Part shown: positions 11,329-24,184 of the stretch, in pieces
How the letters are laid out: every line of letters starts with the position of its first letter
How positions within the stretch are numbered: the stretch's first letter is position 1
From: Mobula hypostoma
Lineage: Eukaryota
Length of the DNA: 64,000 nt
Direction: 5' to 3'
Assembly: GCF_963921235.1 (NCBI RefSeq)
Contig: NC_086097.1
Coordinates: forward strand, 161,946,001-162,010,000
Made by a program: the position numbers and the translations under genes
Notes under the pieces: generated by a model
Database searches by the model: none
Told to the model about the DNA's origin: nothing
The model's input: the letters and a program-made list of their open reading frames with translations, nothing else

Positions 11329-14300
11329 GCGCCTCTTCCTATAGATGCTGCTTGGCCTGCTGCGTTTACCAGCAACTTTGATGTATGTTGCTTGAATTTC
11401 CAGCATCTGCAGAATTCCTGTTGTTTGCGAAAAAAAACCAGAGGACATGGGTTAAGGGTGAGGGGGGAAAAGTTTAAAGGGAACATTAGAGGGGGCTTCT
11501 TCACACAGAGACTGGTGGGAGTGTGGAATGAACTGCCAGACGAGGTGGTAAATGCGGGTTCTTTTTTAACATTTAAGAATAAATTTGACAGGTATATGGA
11601 TGGGAGGTGTATGGAGGGATATGGTCCATGTGCAGGTCAGTAGGACTAGGCAGAAAATGGTTCGGCACAGCCAAGAAGGTCCAAAAGGCCTGATTCTGTG
11701 CTGTAGTTTTTGTATGGTTTCTATTCTATGTTTATTGTCTCATGTAGTGAGATACATGGAAAGCTTTGGTTTGCATGCTACCCATAGAACTCTTTGCAAA
11801 GCGTAAGTACATTGAGGTAGAATAAAGGGGAAAGCAGCAAAAAATGCAGAATGCGGTCTTACATTTACAGTCAATGCAGTCATCATCGATCATCCTTACT
11901 TCTGACTTTACAGATGAAGGAAGCTCATTGATGAAGCAGCTGAAGAATATAGGATACAAGATCTTAAAGAACTCCTGTGAATGTATCCTATGACTGAGAT
12001 AATTAACCTCTAGCCGCCACAACCATTTTCCTTTGTGCTACATATGATCCCAACTATACCTAATTGAAATTTCCCCCCAAATTACATTGACTCCAGCTTA
12101 ACAGAGCTTCTTAATGCCATACTTAATCAAATGCTGCCTCAATATCAAGGGCAGCTCAGCTCAAGTTATCTGTGAAGCATTCCTTTTGTCCATGTGTGTA
12201 CTAAAGGTGTAACGAAGGTCAGGAAATGAGCAACTTTGGTAGAATCCAGGTTGAGTTGCCTTGAATATGTTATACTTAAATGTGCTAATTGTGGGCTTAA
12301 AATTCTATAACAGCATAATCTTAAGTGTTACATAACCATTCAAATTTGTTCAGCGCATTAAAAATACCTGAATTTTTTTTTTGAAATCTTGTTACGGTGC
12401 TGTAGCAAGTGTTATTATGCAATTTGCATGGTAAATATTAGACTAACTTTAATACAAAATATGAAAATTGTACATTTCTTGTTCTAAAGTTGGATTTTTT
12501 TCCCCATTTTCTATATTCCTTATCATCCTGAAATTAGTATTGACATATATGCCCTTCTTTTGGCAGAAGAGATAAGTTTAGTTAGCCTCTTGATTACTAA
12601 TTTAATTTAATTGGGCTAGCACAATATTGTGGGCCGAAAGGGCCTGGCCTGTAGCTGTGCTGAACTGTTCATCAAACGACTAACAAATATAAACCAACAT
12701 ATATCTTGTGTGTAATTGCATCATGTATTTTTGGACTTGTAAAAGGGATAGAAACAGAGAAAACCCTTTAAAACAGTTTTTGCTGATATTCTATAAAAAT
12801 GAAAGTACTATCTTATGATAGAATGGATAAGAACTCTGTTGGCTTTTTAAAAATATTATCCAGATAGGCACCAGCATCAACTCGGTTTCGCTAAAACTAT
12901 CATGTTTTTCTTTCCATCATTTATCCATTTCCTTTTGTTAATTTGGTTCAGGTGGTGCATCCTGGAGTTCAACAAATAAGTCTGCATTTTTTTTTCTTTC
13001 ATACCATCCCCAGTTATTCCTCAAGTAAATTAAAATCAAGAAACTGAAGATGGCAAAATTCTGAAACCAAAGTGGATGATGCTGAGAGAACTCAGCAGAT
13101 CAGGCAGCTTCCATGGAAAGAGAAACTATGGTTAATATTTCAGGTTATAGATATAGACCTTTCCACAGATACTGCCTGATGTTTGAATTGAGAATCTGAA
13201 GCAGATAGTTCACCAATGCCTCACGAGTTTCTCAGAATGGGTAATAAATGACATTGCATTGTATACCAAGTGCTGTCTGTCTCAATATATGTATTATTTC
13301 AATAATTCTGATATTTCTGTACTTAATTTTATTGCAATAAAGCCCAATGTTCTGCCTTATAATTTCTTGTTCCACTTAAGTTCCTATAGTGGTTTATGTA
13401 CAATTTTATCTAAATCCCTATGAATGTCTTTCAACCACTCATAATATTAAAAAAAAATGAATCTGCTTTTCTGCTGTCTATCAAGGCTTCACATTTTCCA
13501 TGTGGCATTGCAGTCCATTCATTTAGCCTGTTAATATCTCCTTCATACCTCACTGTCAACAAACTTCAATATTTTATATAGTTTCCTCAGCTAACTTATC
13601 AATAGAAGTTATGAACACTTGGGGTCCAAACATAGATCCCTGTGGCAACTGATGAGCCACAACTTTCCAAAATGAAAATCATCATTTTATTCCAACTTGA
13701 TTTATTGTCCATTACAAATCCTCAAACCACACACCATTCAGTATCCTGTCCCTGTGTTCTAATTTGTGTCGGATCTTTTTGATGCCTTCTAAATGCTTAA
13801 ATACATCACATCCATTGGTTGACTCTAGTTGCAACCTCAAACAACTTAACAGATTTGTCAAATGTTAGTATTCCTTCCTAGGTCAATGTTGGCTCTGCCC
13901 AATCCTATTATCATTTTCTGAGTACCTTAATAGTGGATTCCTGCACTTTCCTCTACTCTCTTAATCAGTGTAGAGGGCTCAGGCTCAGTAGACTTGTGGA
14001 AGTATAATATAGCTAGTACTGAAATATTATGGTGAAAACAATGTTAAGAGGTTTATCATCTATATAATCAAGGATAGGCATCAAGGTGTTTAGAGAGTCT
14101 AATATGAGTTGTTTTGACTAATGTGCGAATTGTTTTGAAGACTTACAAGGGTATATGTGCATGCTTCATGTCGGCATGATTGTTGTAAGTCCTTGATGGG
14201 ACATTTTTTTTGGAGTTGAGTATCTGGCGAGGCCATTACTTTACATCTATGTAATATTGCCCTTGGGAAGATGGTGCTGAGCTACTTCTGTCGAAAGTGC

Positions 14301-15503
14301 TCCCACTGTGCTAATGTGATGAAAGCTCCTGTATTTAAAACCACTAACTATGAGGGAACAGCAATACATTTGGAAGTCCAAGGAGGGAGTGAGCTGGAGG
14401 AAAACCTACAGATGGCAGGTGTTTACATGTACACTAAGTTGTCCTTGCTAGAGGTTGTGGGATTGGAACATGCTGTCAGAATAGCTTAGGTAAGTGAATG
14501 GTGTGCATTTTACAAGTGGTACATTTTTGCAGCTTTCCTGTGTAGTTGATGGAGCAGAGCTGGAGATAGTAGGCTGTTTTGTCCTACATGCCGTTAAGCT
14601 TCTTGCATGTTGTTGGATTTGCAGTCATCTGTCCAATTGGTAACATTCCATTGATGGTAGTGATAAGCATTTAGGGAATCAGAAGATGAGTATTTGCAAC
14701 ATCTATGAATTGATTTGCATTTGTAGTAGAGAGCACTTAAATATATAGCAAATTATGAAGTGAATTCTGAATCAAAATTACGAGTCAGGTAACTAAAAAT
14801 TCTTATTTCCATAGCACTGCCATGACTTATTAAGCACCGAATGAATTCTTATCTATAAGAATTTTTTAGTATTAAGAGCTATTAGTTCTTCTTGGAAATA
14901 AATACTGCAGTAGGAGATTAGCAATCTATTTGCAAAATTTCCACATAAAACCTAATTTGTTCAAATGAGCATTGTACATCTTTTTTCAGTCAATTGGACA
15001 TCCAACAACAGTGGAAATATTCTGCTATCTTGGTTTTATGATCATGGTTACAAATGTCTATAAAATTCTGAATATAGCTTCTAACATAGATAAATGGTTA
15101 CCACACAAGGCAGCCTTGGAAACATATTTGAGTTAATGCTTGGCTCCTTTGTTCAATGAATAATAAGCCACTGAAATTACTCTCCAACACCACATTTTAT
15201 GATATTCCTTCCACAGGTTGTTGATGCACTACACCATCATCCAAAAAGGAAACTGGATGCCTATTGACAGTTGGAGCAGAGGAATTTGATTGCAGCTGGT
15301 TCTGTCAGACTAAATTTATTGAGGCAATAACTTTATTAAAGAATAACATCAATTTGTTGATTTTAACCTATGAGGGTTTCTTAAATGACATGTGCTGCAC
15401 AGCATATTGTTTAGGATTGAACTAAGAAGTATTATTCCCTATTTAATCAAGTTATCCCTTGATAGTGTAGGAACAAAATGAAATAGGCGTAGGAAGTTGT
15501 TAC

Positions 15504-17560
15504 CAAGCAACACACACAAGATGCTGGAGGAACTTAGTAGGCCAGACAGCATCTATGGAAAAGAGTATAGTCGATGTTTTGGGCCAAGACCTTTCACATG
15601 ACTGGAGAAAGAAAGCTGAGGAGTAGATTTAAAAGGTGAGGGAAAGAGAAACACAAGGTTATAGGTGAAACCTGAAAAGGCGAGATGAAGTAAAGAGCTG
15701 GGAAGTTGATTGGTGAAAGAGATAGAGGGCTGGAAAAGGAGGAGTCTGACAGAAGAGGACAGAAGGCCATGGAAGAAAGAAAAGGGGGAAGGGGCACCAG
15801 AGGGAGGCGATAGGCTGGCAAGGAGATAAGGTGACAGAAGGAGAAGGGGATGGGGGGGGTGGCATTACAGGAAGTTTGAGAAGTCGATGTTCATGCCATC
15901 AGGTTGGAGGCTACCCAGACGGAATGTAAGGTGTTGTTCCTTCAACCTAAGTGTGGCCTCATCACGACAGTGAAGGAAGCCATGGATAAGCATGTTGGTA
16001 TGGGAATGGGAAGTGGAATTCAAATGGATGACCACTGGGAGATCCCACTTTTTCTGGTAAGTGCTCGGTGAAGCGGCCTCCCCATCTATGACACATCTCA
16101 CCGATATACAGAAGGCTACACTGGGAGCACCAGACACATATATATTCTCAACGGACTCACAGGTGAAGTGTCGCCTCACCTGGAAGACTGTTTAGGGCCC
16201 TGACTGGTAGTGAGGGAGAAAGTGTAGGGGCAGGTGTAGGACTTGTTCTGTTTGCAAGGATAAGTGCTAGGAGGGAGATCACTAGGAGGGATGAATGGGC
16301 AAGGGAGTCGCATAGGGAGCGATCCCTGCAAAAAGTAGTGGGGGGGAGGATAGATGTGCTTGGTTGTGGGATCCCATTGGTGAGGCATAAGTTGCGGAGA
16401 ATTAAGTGCTGAGTGCAAAGGCTGGTGGGTTGGTAGATGAGGACAAGAGGAACCCTACCCCTGGTAGGGTATCGGGAGAATGGGTGAGATCTGATGTGCA
16501 TGAAATGGAAGTGATGCAGTTGAGGGTTGTGCCCAGGCAGGCATCATGACCTGATGTTTCCTTATGGGGTCCTGTTCGACGGGTAAATAAGAGGAAGTGT
16601 CTGAGAGTTAGCGCTGGTCCTTAGCAAGGTAGAGGTCAGTACGCCAGGCTACTACAGCACCTCCCTTATCTGCGGGTTTGACGATGACATTAGGATTGGT
16701 GCGCAGGAAGTGGAGAGGAGAGTGTTCAGAAGGAGTGAAGTTGGAATTGGAGATAGGAGTGTTGAAGTCTAGACAGTTGATGTCCCGTTGGCAGTTGGCA
16801 ATGAAAAGGTCCAGAGCAGGGAGAAGACCAGGGCAGAGTGTCCAAGAAGAGGAGGAGGGTTGAAGACTGGAAAAGGAGTCATCAGTACGAGGTGGAGAGT
16901 TCTTGCCAAAAAAAAAAGACTTGGAGACAGAGGCAGCGGGAGAAAAGCTGAGTGTCATGGCGGGCGTGGAACTCACTGAGGTGTGGGCACAGGGGACAAA
17001 GTGAGGTCCTTACAGAGGACAGAACATTCTACCTTAGCGTGACGAAGGTCAGAGGAAATTGTGAAGACCCGGCATGGATAAGAGCTGGGATCAGAGGGGG
17101 GAAGGGGGTTAATGTCTGAGGAGAAGGGAGGTTTGGGGTGTTCAGGGATGGTGGGGTTAGAGGAAGGTAGAGTCTCCAAGGACCCAATAGCAGGCAGTGG
17201 GACCTGAAAGACCTGGTGGGGGAAGGGGAGATGGGAGTTCCAGCAGCAGTGCATGAAGAGGTCAAGGCTGGAGTCAGTGTGGGATGTTGTGCAATCAGCA
17301 CTTTGGAGATGTCCGAAGTCTTTGGAACCTGCATTGATGGTGGTGGAGTCTCGGTTTTGAATCAGCTCTGGATCATTAGAGCCATTGAGGTCAGCAGCAG
17401 GGATCGCAGTCTGGAGATGTCCGGGCCTGTTGGCGCTGGAGACAGGAGGTCCTGTGGTCTGTAGACGGGCGATCTTCTGATCCTTGCAGGATGTGAGAAA
17501 GTCAAAGAACCCGCGATTGAAAGCATGGATCTGGCTGTTACCATGGTTGTCTGCTGAGTG
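15504..17560 (-). mobile_element. Older Penelope-like element with internal deletion of the RT core
   Basis: GIY-YIG remnant (15865-16179), Cys linker TYPCKQNKSYTCP, RT N-terminal motif NPNVIVKPADKGGAVVAW (16608-16976), decayed hammerhead at 15569-15603. Confidence 0.88.
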
Positions 17561-18021
17561 GTTGATAATGTCATATGAGGGAATAACAAATAGATAGATG
17601 GAGTGAAAGAAATAGTCAAATGACAATTACATGTTTGTATGCTGCTTCAAGTTCATATCCCTCAGTACAACTTATTGTGTGCACCGAATTGTTTTCACTA
17701 AGGATAGTTGTAAGCAGTGAAGTTTTCATCACTCAATGTTTTGCCTGAAAAGACTAGAAACTTAGAATTTGTCAATGAGCTGGGAATAATTGACAACACT
17801 TTTGGATTTCTGACTTCAGCTGTGTTGACTTTACTCCAAAATGAAGCATCGGTAGTCTCGCCATTATTGTTACCATTTATTTCAGTCCCATAAGTCATTT
17901 TATGCATTCTCAATGCTACCAGCTGTGAATGTGCATCAACAGATCTTGAAGTATTTTGAATTATAATTCATTTCAGTAAGAATATGAGATCAGTGGCTGA
18001 CGTAATGTTGTTTTCTTTCAG

Positions 18022-18109
18022 ATATGAGCTTCGGATCAGATATTTACCCAAAGGTTTCTTGACAGAGTTCAGCGAAGATAAGCCTGCTTTAAATTTCTTT
18101 TATCAACAG
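18022..18109 (+). CDS. PTK2: PTK2/FAK coding exon, 88 bp
   Basis: ttttctttcag|A TAT GAG...CAA CAG|gtgagt; (R)YELRIRYLPKGFLTEFSEDKPALNFFYQQ. Confidence 0.97.
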
Positions 18110-18339
18110 GTGAGTTAGTGGCTAAAACATCCATCTTCCAAAGGGTGAAGTTGTTTGAATGACATTTGAGAATCTCAGTAATTTTACAGGTAGATAATTT
18201 CAGAATTTATCTGTAAATGGCTGTTCCCAACCCTACCCACCCCGCATATTATTCTTGGATCATCTGTTTATACAGGAAAAACAAATGTTTTTAACGTTTC
18301 CCTGCCACTCCAGTATTTTTTTTTTGTAAAATGGAAAGG

Positions 18340-21000
18340 CTTAATCTCATAGGTGTACTGAAATTTTTTCGTCCAATTTTCCAGCCAGACCAGATCAAGC
18401 AAGCGTTGATAGCCTTCCTCGCTGTTCACTATACCCCCAAACTTGGTGCCCCCTGCAAATTTGCTGATCCAGTTTACCACACAATCATCCAGATCGTTGA
18501 TTTAGTTGACAAACAACAGGCCCAGCATCAGTTCCTGCGGCACTCAACTAGTCACAGGCCTCCAGTCGTCCACTACAACTCTCTGGCTTCTCCCACAAAA
18601 CCAAGGTCTAATCCAATTTACTACCTAATCTTGAATGCCAAGCAATTGAACCTTCTTGACCTACCCTCCCATACGGGATCTTTTCAATTGCGTTGTGCTG
18701 AAGTCCATGTAGACAACACCCACTGCCTTACCTTCATTAAAGTCCCTGGTAACTTCCCCAAAAAACTCCGTAAGGTTGGTTAGATACGACCTCCCACACA
18801 CAAAACCAAGCTGACTATATCTAGTGAGTCCCTGTCTATCCAAATACTCAAACGTATATCCAACCCCTTACAGTACTTTCTAATAACTTTCCCACTACTG
18901 ATGTCAGACTCACACTCTATAATTTCATGCCTTATTCTTAGAGCTTTTCTTAAACAGCGGAGCAACATTAGCTATCCTCTAGTCCTCCAGAACCTCACCT
19001 GTTGTGATGAATGTTTTAAATATCTCTGCACCTGTTGCAAAGGATGTTTTAGAAATCACTGCTAGGGCCCCTGCATTTTATGCACTAGCTTCCCACAGGG
19101 TCTGAAGGAACACTTTGTCAACCCCTGGGGACTTACCCACCCTAATTTGCCTCAAGGCAGCAAATACTTCCTCCTTTGCATTCTGTATAGGGTCCATGAC
19201 CTGTTGACTCTCAGTCCGTCTCCCAAGTAAATACAGATGCAAAAATTCCATTTAAGATTGCCTCCATCTCTTTCAGCTCTGTCCAAGAGAAAATCTGATG
19301 CTGGAAATCCAAGCTCCATGTACAGATTACTACCCCGATCTTCCAGAGGACCAGTTTTGTTCTTTACTATCCTTTTGCTCGTAACATATCTGTAGAAGTT
19401 CTTGGGATTCTCCTTCACCTGGTCTGCTAGAGCAGCTTCGTGTCTTCTTTTATTCCAACAGGAATATACAAACTCCATACTCTCAAAATTTCACTTTTGA
19501 AGGCCTCCTATTTACCAAGTACACTTTTCCCAAAAAACTATCTGTTCAAATCCACACTTGCCAGAATCTTTCTGATACCATCAAAATTTGTCTTTCTCCA
19601 ATTTAAGATTTCAACCTGAAAACCAGACCTATCCTTTCCATAATTACCTTGAAACTGACATTATGATCACCAGATGCAAAGTGTTTCCCTACAAACTTCT
19701 GTCCCCTGCATCGTCTCATTCCCTAATTGGAGATATAGTATTGCACTCTTTCTAGTTGGGACTGATTAAAGAACCTTTCCTGAACACATACGACAAATTC
19801 TTTTCCATTCCGCTGTTTTCCAGTATGAGAGTCCCAGTATATATGTGGAAAGTTAAGATCACCTACTGTAAAAACCTTATGTGGTCTGTAATATAGCCCC
19901 ATTTACGTGGAAAGTTAGAATCACCTGTTCTCACAACCTGTTTATTGCAGCAGTCTGCGATTTCTAAATCCCGTGAGCTGTTGGTTTAATAATCACATTA
20001 ATGCGGTCGTACCTTTCTTATTCTTCAGCTCTACTGATAAAGCCTCAGTCCATGAGTTCTCCAGTCTATCCTGTCTGAGCACTACCTTGACATTTTCCCT
20101 GACTAGTAATTCCACCCCTCCCTCTTTAATCTCTCCCGCTCTAACATGTCTAAAACAACAGAACTCCTGTACATTGAGCTACCAGTCCTGCCCCTCCTGC
20201 AACCAGTCTCACTAATAGCTATAAGGTCATAATTCCACAGGCTAATCCATGTTTTAAGCTTATCCACCTTTCCTACAATGTTCCTTGCATTGAAATACGT
20301 GCAGCTCAGAACATTAGTCCCACCATCCTTAACCTTTTGATTCTTGGCTTTGTATGTTTAAACCCCCCCATGCAGCACTAGCACACTTCCCTGCAAGGAC
20401 ATAATCCCCCTCCAGTTCAGGTGCAAGCTGTCCTTCTTCACAGGTCCCACCTTCCCTGGTAGAAAGTCCAATGTTCCAAAAATCTGAAGGCTCTATCCTG
20501 CACCATCTCCTTAGCCACATGTTAATCTATATGATCTTCCTATTTCTGGCTGTACTAGAATATGGCACAGGTAGCAATCTTGAGATCATGATCCGGGAGG
20601 TCCTGTCCTTTAACTTAGCACCTAACTCCCTGAACTCACTTTGCAGGAGCTCATTACCTCTCCTACCTATGTCATTGCTACTGACAATGACCACGACCTC
20701 TGGCTGCTCACCCTCCCACTTAAAAATACTGTAGACTTGATCCAAGATGTCCCTAACCCTAGAACCTGGGAGGCAACATACCATCTGGGAATATTCTTCT
20801 TATCCACAAAACCTCTGTTCTTTTCCCCTAACCAACAAATCCTCTATCGCTAGAGGTAGCCTCTTCTCTCCCCATTTCTTCTGAGCCCACAGGGCCAGAC
20901 TCAGTGTCAGAGACCTGACCACTGTGGCTTTCCACTGCTAGGTCATCCTCAAGTGGTATACCCTTTTGCTGAGTGGAACATCCACAAGGTTACTCTCCAC
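18340..21000 (-). mobile_element. Degenerate, internally deleted CR1 LINE (ORF1 esterase-like, APE and RT remnants)
   Basis: ORF1-like MVCCLPGSRVRDI...QPEVVVIVSSNDIGR; KENPKNFYRYV; SYLTNLTEFF...VVYMDFS; WISKFAGGTKFGG. Confidence 0.85.
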
Positions 21001-22627
21001 TGCACCACATGTTCCCTGTACATTGTTGTTTGGACAAAGATAAAGTTATTGATATTGGCTAATATTGATAGTTTTCATCTTCTATCAATGTATTAAAGAA
21101 ACTGTTACAATGAAACTACCTATTGAACCACGTAGCCAGTTTTGTTGTGAGGCAAACCAGACGAGTCATGCTTTGGAATAGTTACGTGAAAGAGAATTTC
21201 AGCAAGAGGTAAATTGAGATGAAGATAGAGCTGAGAACCGTTAGAGGTGGGGATTGAAGGCTAGTATAAATATGTGATGACTGATCCAAAGCTCTCCTTG
21301 GAGGCAGATATGACATTAAAACTCTGAAAAGCTTAGTTTGGACTCAGACAACTTCCAATGAGTGTGAGAGTCAGAAGCAAGGAAATGGAGGTTGTTCTCT
21401 GCCATCTATAATTTTTTCCAGTATTAAGAGAAAATTTTGGTTTATCTAGTACTGATTGTCAAGTAAGCTATCTGTCAGTTTAGAATCATAATAGGTTGAG
21501 TATGATAGTGAGGTGGACCTGCATATTTTCTGTAGATATTAAGGTAAACCCAAGAGATGATGTTTGGGGGAAAAATGTGGGAAGCAAAGATAGACACCAA
21601 GGGAACATGGGGAGTAATGGTCAGAAGCAGCAAGATTGTAGGTGCTTTTTTGATTTTAGCTGGGTAGTTAGAAAGTTAACCAAATATACGTGGTTCCATC
21701 AAGCTTCATGATAATGGAGTGATCTTGAGGGAGGTCAGTTTGGTCAAATGTCTCAGAGGCCACAGACAATTAGAGAAGGATTGGACATGGTGTATTATGA
21801 TTGTCACACAGTCATAAAGGTATTTATTTATCCTATAGGATATCCTCTAGAACCATTTCAGTACCACAGCATGATGGGAAATTATTTACTATTTTGTGAC
21901 TCTGGGCATAACCACCAACACAACAACATATAGGCCATCCCTAATTACCCTTGGTAGGTTATTATTAAGCCAGTGAAGTTTGTGCTTTGAAGATATTCCC
22001 ATGCTGCAGTTAGAAAGATAATTCCAGAGTTTTGACTGTGCTATGATGGATTGATAAGGTGTTTTTGAGATACAAAGGTGTGTATTTTGAAAGGCATCTT
22101 GGAATTCTATTTTTTTTTGGGCCCCATATTGTGTCGGTTACAGCTTTAGAAATATTTTAAAACCAATCTTGACAAGTTGCAACAGTTGGTCTTCCAGGTG
22201 ATGCAGAGGGCAGCGATCTTACCTATCAGTGACAGAGAAAATAAATGTTTAATGAACTGATGGAGTGTCAGTCAAATGACCAGATTAAATAATAAATGGA
22301 TGATGTCAGGCTTGTGTGTATTTTTGACCTGCACTTTTTTAGAAAAAGGAGATGATTTCATCATACTCCAGACTTGGACATGGAATAACAAAGCTTACAT
22401 TCTGCTGCTATGGCATTTATATTCATTTTTCTTGTAAGATGATAATCTCCATGGTATTTCTTGTTTATAGTGCTGTTGAATGTCAGAGGGAGATCAGTCA
22501 GTCCTCGTGTTGGAGATGATTAGTCCCTCATCACTTGTTGTTCACCAAATCAAGCCTGTACTCTGTATAGATTATACAGTGGATTCTAGTTAATTGGGGC
22601 AGCTGCTTATTTCAGACAACCCTTGTA

Positions 22628-22747
22628 GGAGGAAACCCATGCAATCACAGGGAGAATTCCTGAAAGACAGCAGCAGGAAGGGAATTGAACCCAAGGTCAC
22701 TAGTACTGGAAAGCATTATGCTAACCACTATGCTACCCGTGCTGCCC
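22628..22747 (-). mobile_element. tRNA-derived SINE 5' head
   Basis: Reverse complement GGGCAGCACGGGTAGCATAGTGGTTAGC...GGGTTCAATTCC shows Pol III A and B boxes, but no complete cloverleaf. Confidence 0.7.
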
Positions 22748-22778
22748 TTGTTTATGATTGATAATAATCATAAGTTAA

Positions 22779-23985
22779 TCTTTGAGGAGGTGACCAGGCT
22801 TATAGATGAGGGTAGTGCACTGGATGTGATCTATATGGATTTTAGTAAGGCATTTGACAAGGTTCCACATGGTAGGCTTATTCAGAAAGTCAGAAGGCAT
22901 GGGATCCAGGGAAGTTTGGCCAGGCGGATTCAGAATTGGCTTGCCTGCAGAAGACAGAGGGTCGTAGTGGAGGGAGTACATTCAGATTGGAGGATTGTGA
23001 CTAGTGGTGTCCCACAAGGATCTGTTCTGGGACCTCTACTTTCATGATTTTTATTAACGACCTGGATGTGGGGGTAGAAGGGTGGGTTGGCAAGTTTGCA
23101 GATGACACTAAGGTTGGTGGTGTTGTAGATAGTGTAGAGGATTGTCGAAGATTACAGACAGACATTGATAGGATGCAGAAGTGGGCTGAGAAGTGGCAGA
23201 TGGAGTTCAACCCGGAGAAGTGTGAGGTGGTACACTTTGGAAGGACAAACTCCAAGGCAGAGTACAAAGTAAATGGCAGGATACTTGGTAGTGTGGAGAA
23301 GCAGAAGGATCTGGGGGTACATGTCCACAGATCCCTGAAAGTTGCCTCACAGGTGGATAGGGTAGTTAAGAAAGCTTATGGGGTGTTAGCTTTCATAAGT
23401 CGAGGGATAGAGTTTAAGAGTCACGAGGTAATGATGCAGCTCTATAAAACTCTGGTTAGGCCACACTTGGAGTACTGTGTCCAGTTCTGGTCGCCTCACC
23501 ATAGGAAGAATGTGGAAGCATTGGAAAGGGTACAGAGGAGATTTACCAGGATGCTTCCTGGTTTAGAGAGTATGCATTATGATCAGAGATTAAGGGAGCT
23601 AGGGCTTTACTCTTTGGAGAGAAGGAGGATGAGAGGAGACATGATAGAGGTGTACAAGATAATAAGAGGAATAGATAGAGTGGCTAGCCAGCACCTCTTC
23701 CCCAGGGCACCACTGCTCAATACAAGAGGACATGGCTTTAAGGTAAGGGGTGGGAAGTTCAAGGGGGATATTAGAGGAAGGTTTTTTACTCAGAGAGTGG
23801 TTGGTGCGTGGAATACACTGCCTGAGTCAGTGGTGGAGGCAGATACACTCGTGAAGTTTAAGAGACTACTAGACAGGTATATGGAAGAATTTAAGGTGGT
23901 GGCTTATATGGGAGGCAAGGTTTGAGGATCGGCACAACATTGTGGGCCGAAGGGCCTATACTCTGCTGCACTATTCTGTGTTCTA
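22779..23985 (+). mobile_element. 5'-truncated young CR1 LINE
   Basis: ORFs 22685-23047 and 23044-23925 (one frameshift) with YMDFSKAFDKVPH, GVPQGSVLGP, FADDTK, and the C-terminus intact to the stop. Confidence 0.95.
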
Positions 23986-24184
23986 TAATCTTCACCCTTA
24001 CACAGCTGGTAGCACTGCTTGCATCATTCTCTCATGATCCCTTCTCTTACCACAAGAAATTTTTTCCTTTATTTTCTCCCTTCCCTTATCTCTGCAATTT
24101 GAAATATTTTTGATTTCTAACTTTTGTCAGTTCTGATTTAAAGGCATTGACCTGAAATATTTACTCCATTTTGCTTTCCACATA

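Larger units (their letters stand above)
9662..11428 (-). mobile_element. Penelope-like element (GIY-YIG, probably Neptune group), 5'-truncated body with an inverted pseudo-LTR
   Basis: Minus ORF 10050-10376 is a GIY-YIG endonuclease (VIYCVRCSRCGLLYIGETRRRLGDRFAEH...VATHFN); 10373-10920 is the RT C-terminus (TDVYYKPTDSHSYL, IPFSQFLRLRRIC); 9661-10124 is the reverse complement of 10923-11389. Confidence 0.93.
8721..11728 (+). mobile_element. Second CR1 LINE (8721-9661 plus 11430-11728) split by a Penelope-like insertion
   Basis: ORF 8843-9660 has GVPQGSVLGP and FADD; the reading resumes as KKTRGHGLRVRGEKFKG after 11430; duplicated site aaaaaaaccagagga flanks the insertion. Confidence 0.93.

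Noticed and set aside
9675..11643. Long ORFs 9675-10256, 10890-11504, 11236-11643 with repeated peptide MLVNAAGQAASIGRGAVDVSGRDP (also 57736-57957)
   Set aside because: Antisense or UTR frames of the inverted PLE repeat, not a host gene family
22628..22747. Possible tRNA gene
   Set aside because: A and B boxes only, no acceptor or anticodon stems, and it runs into a SINE body
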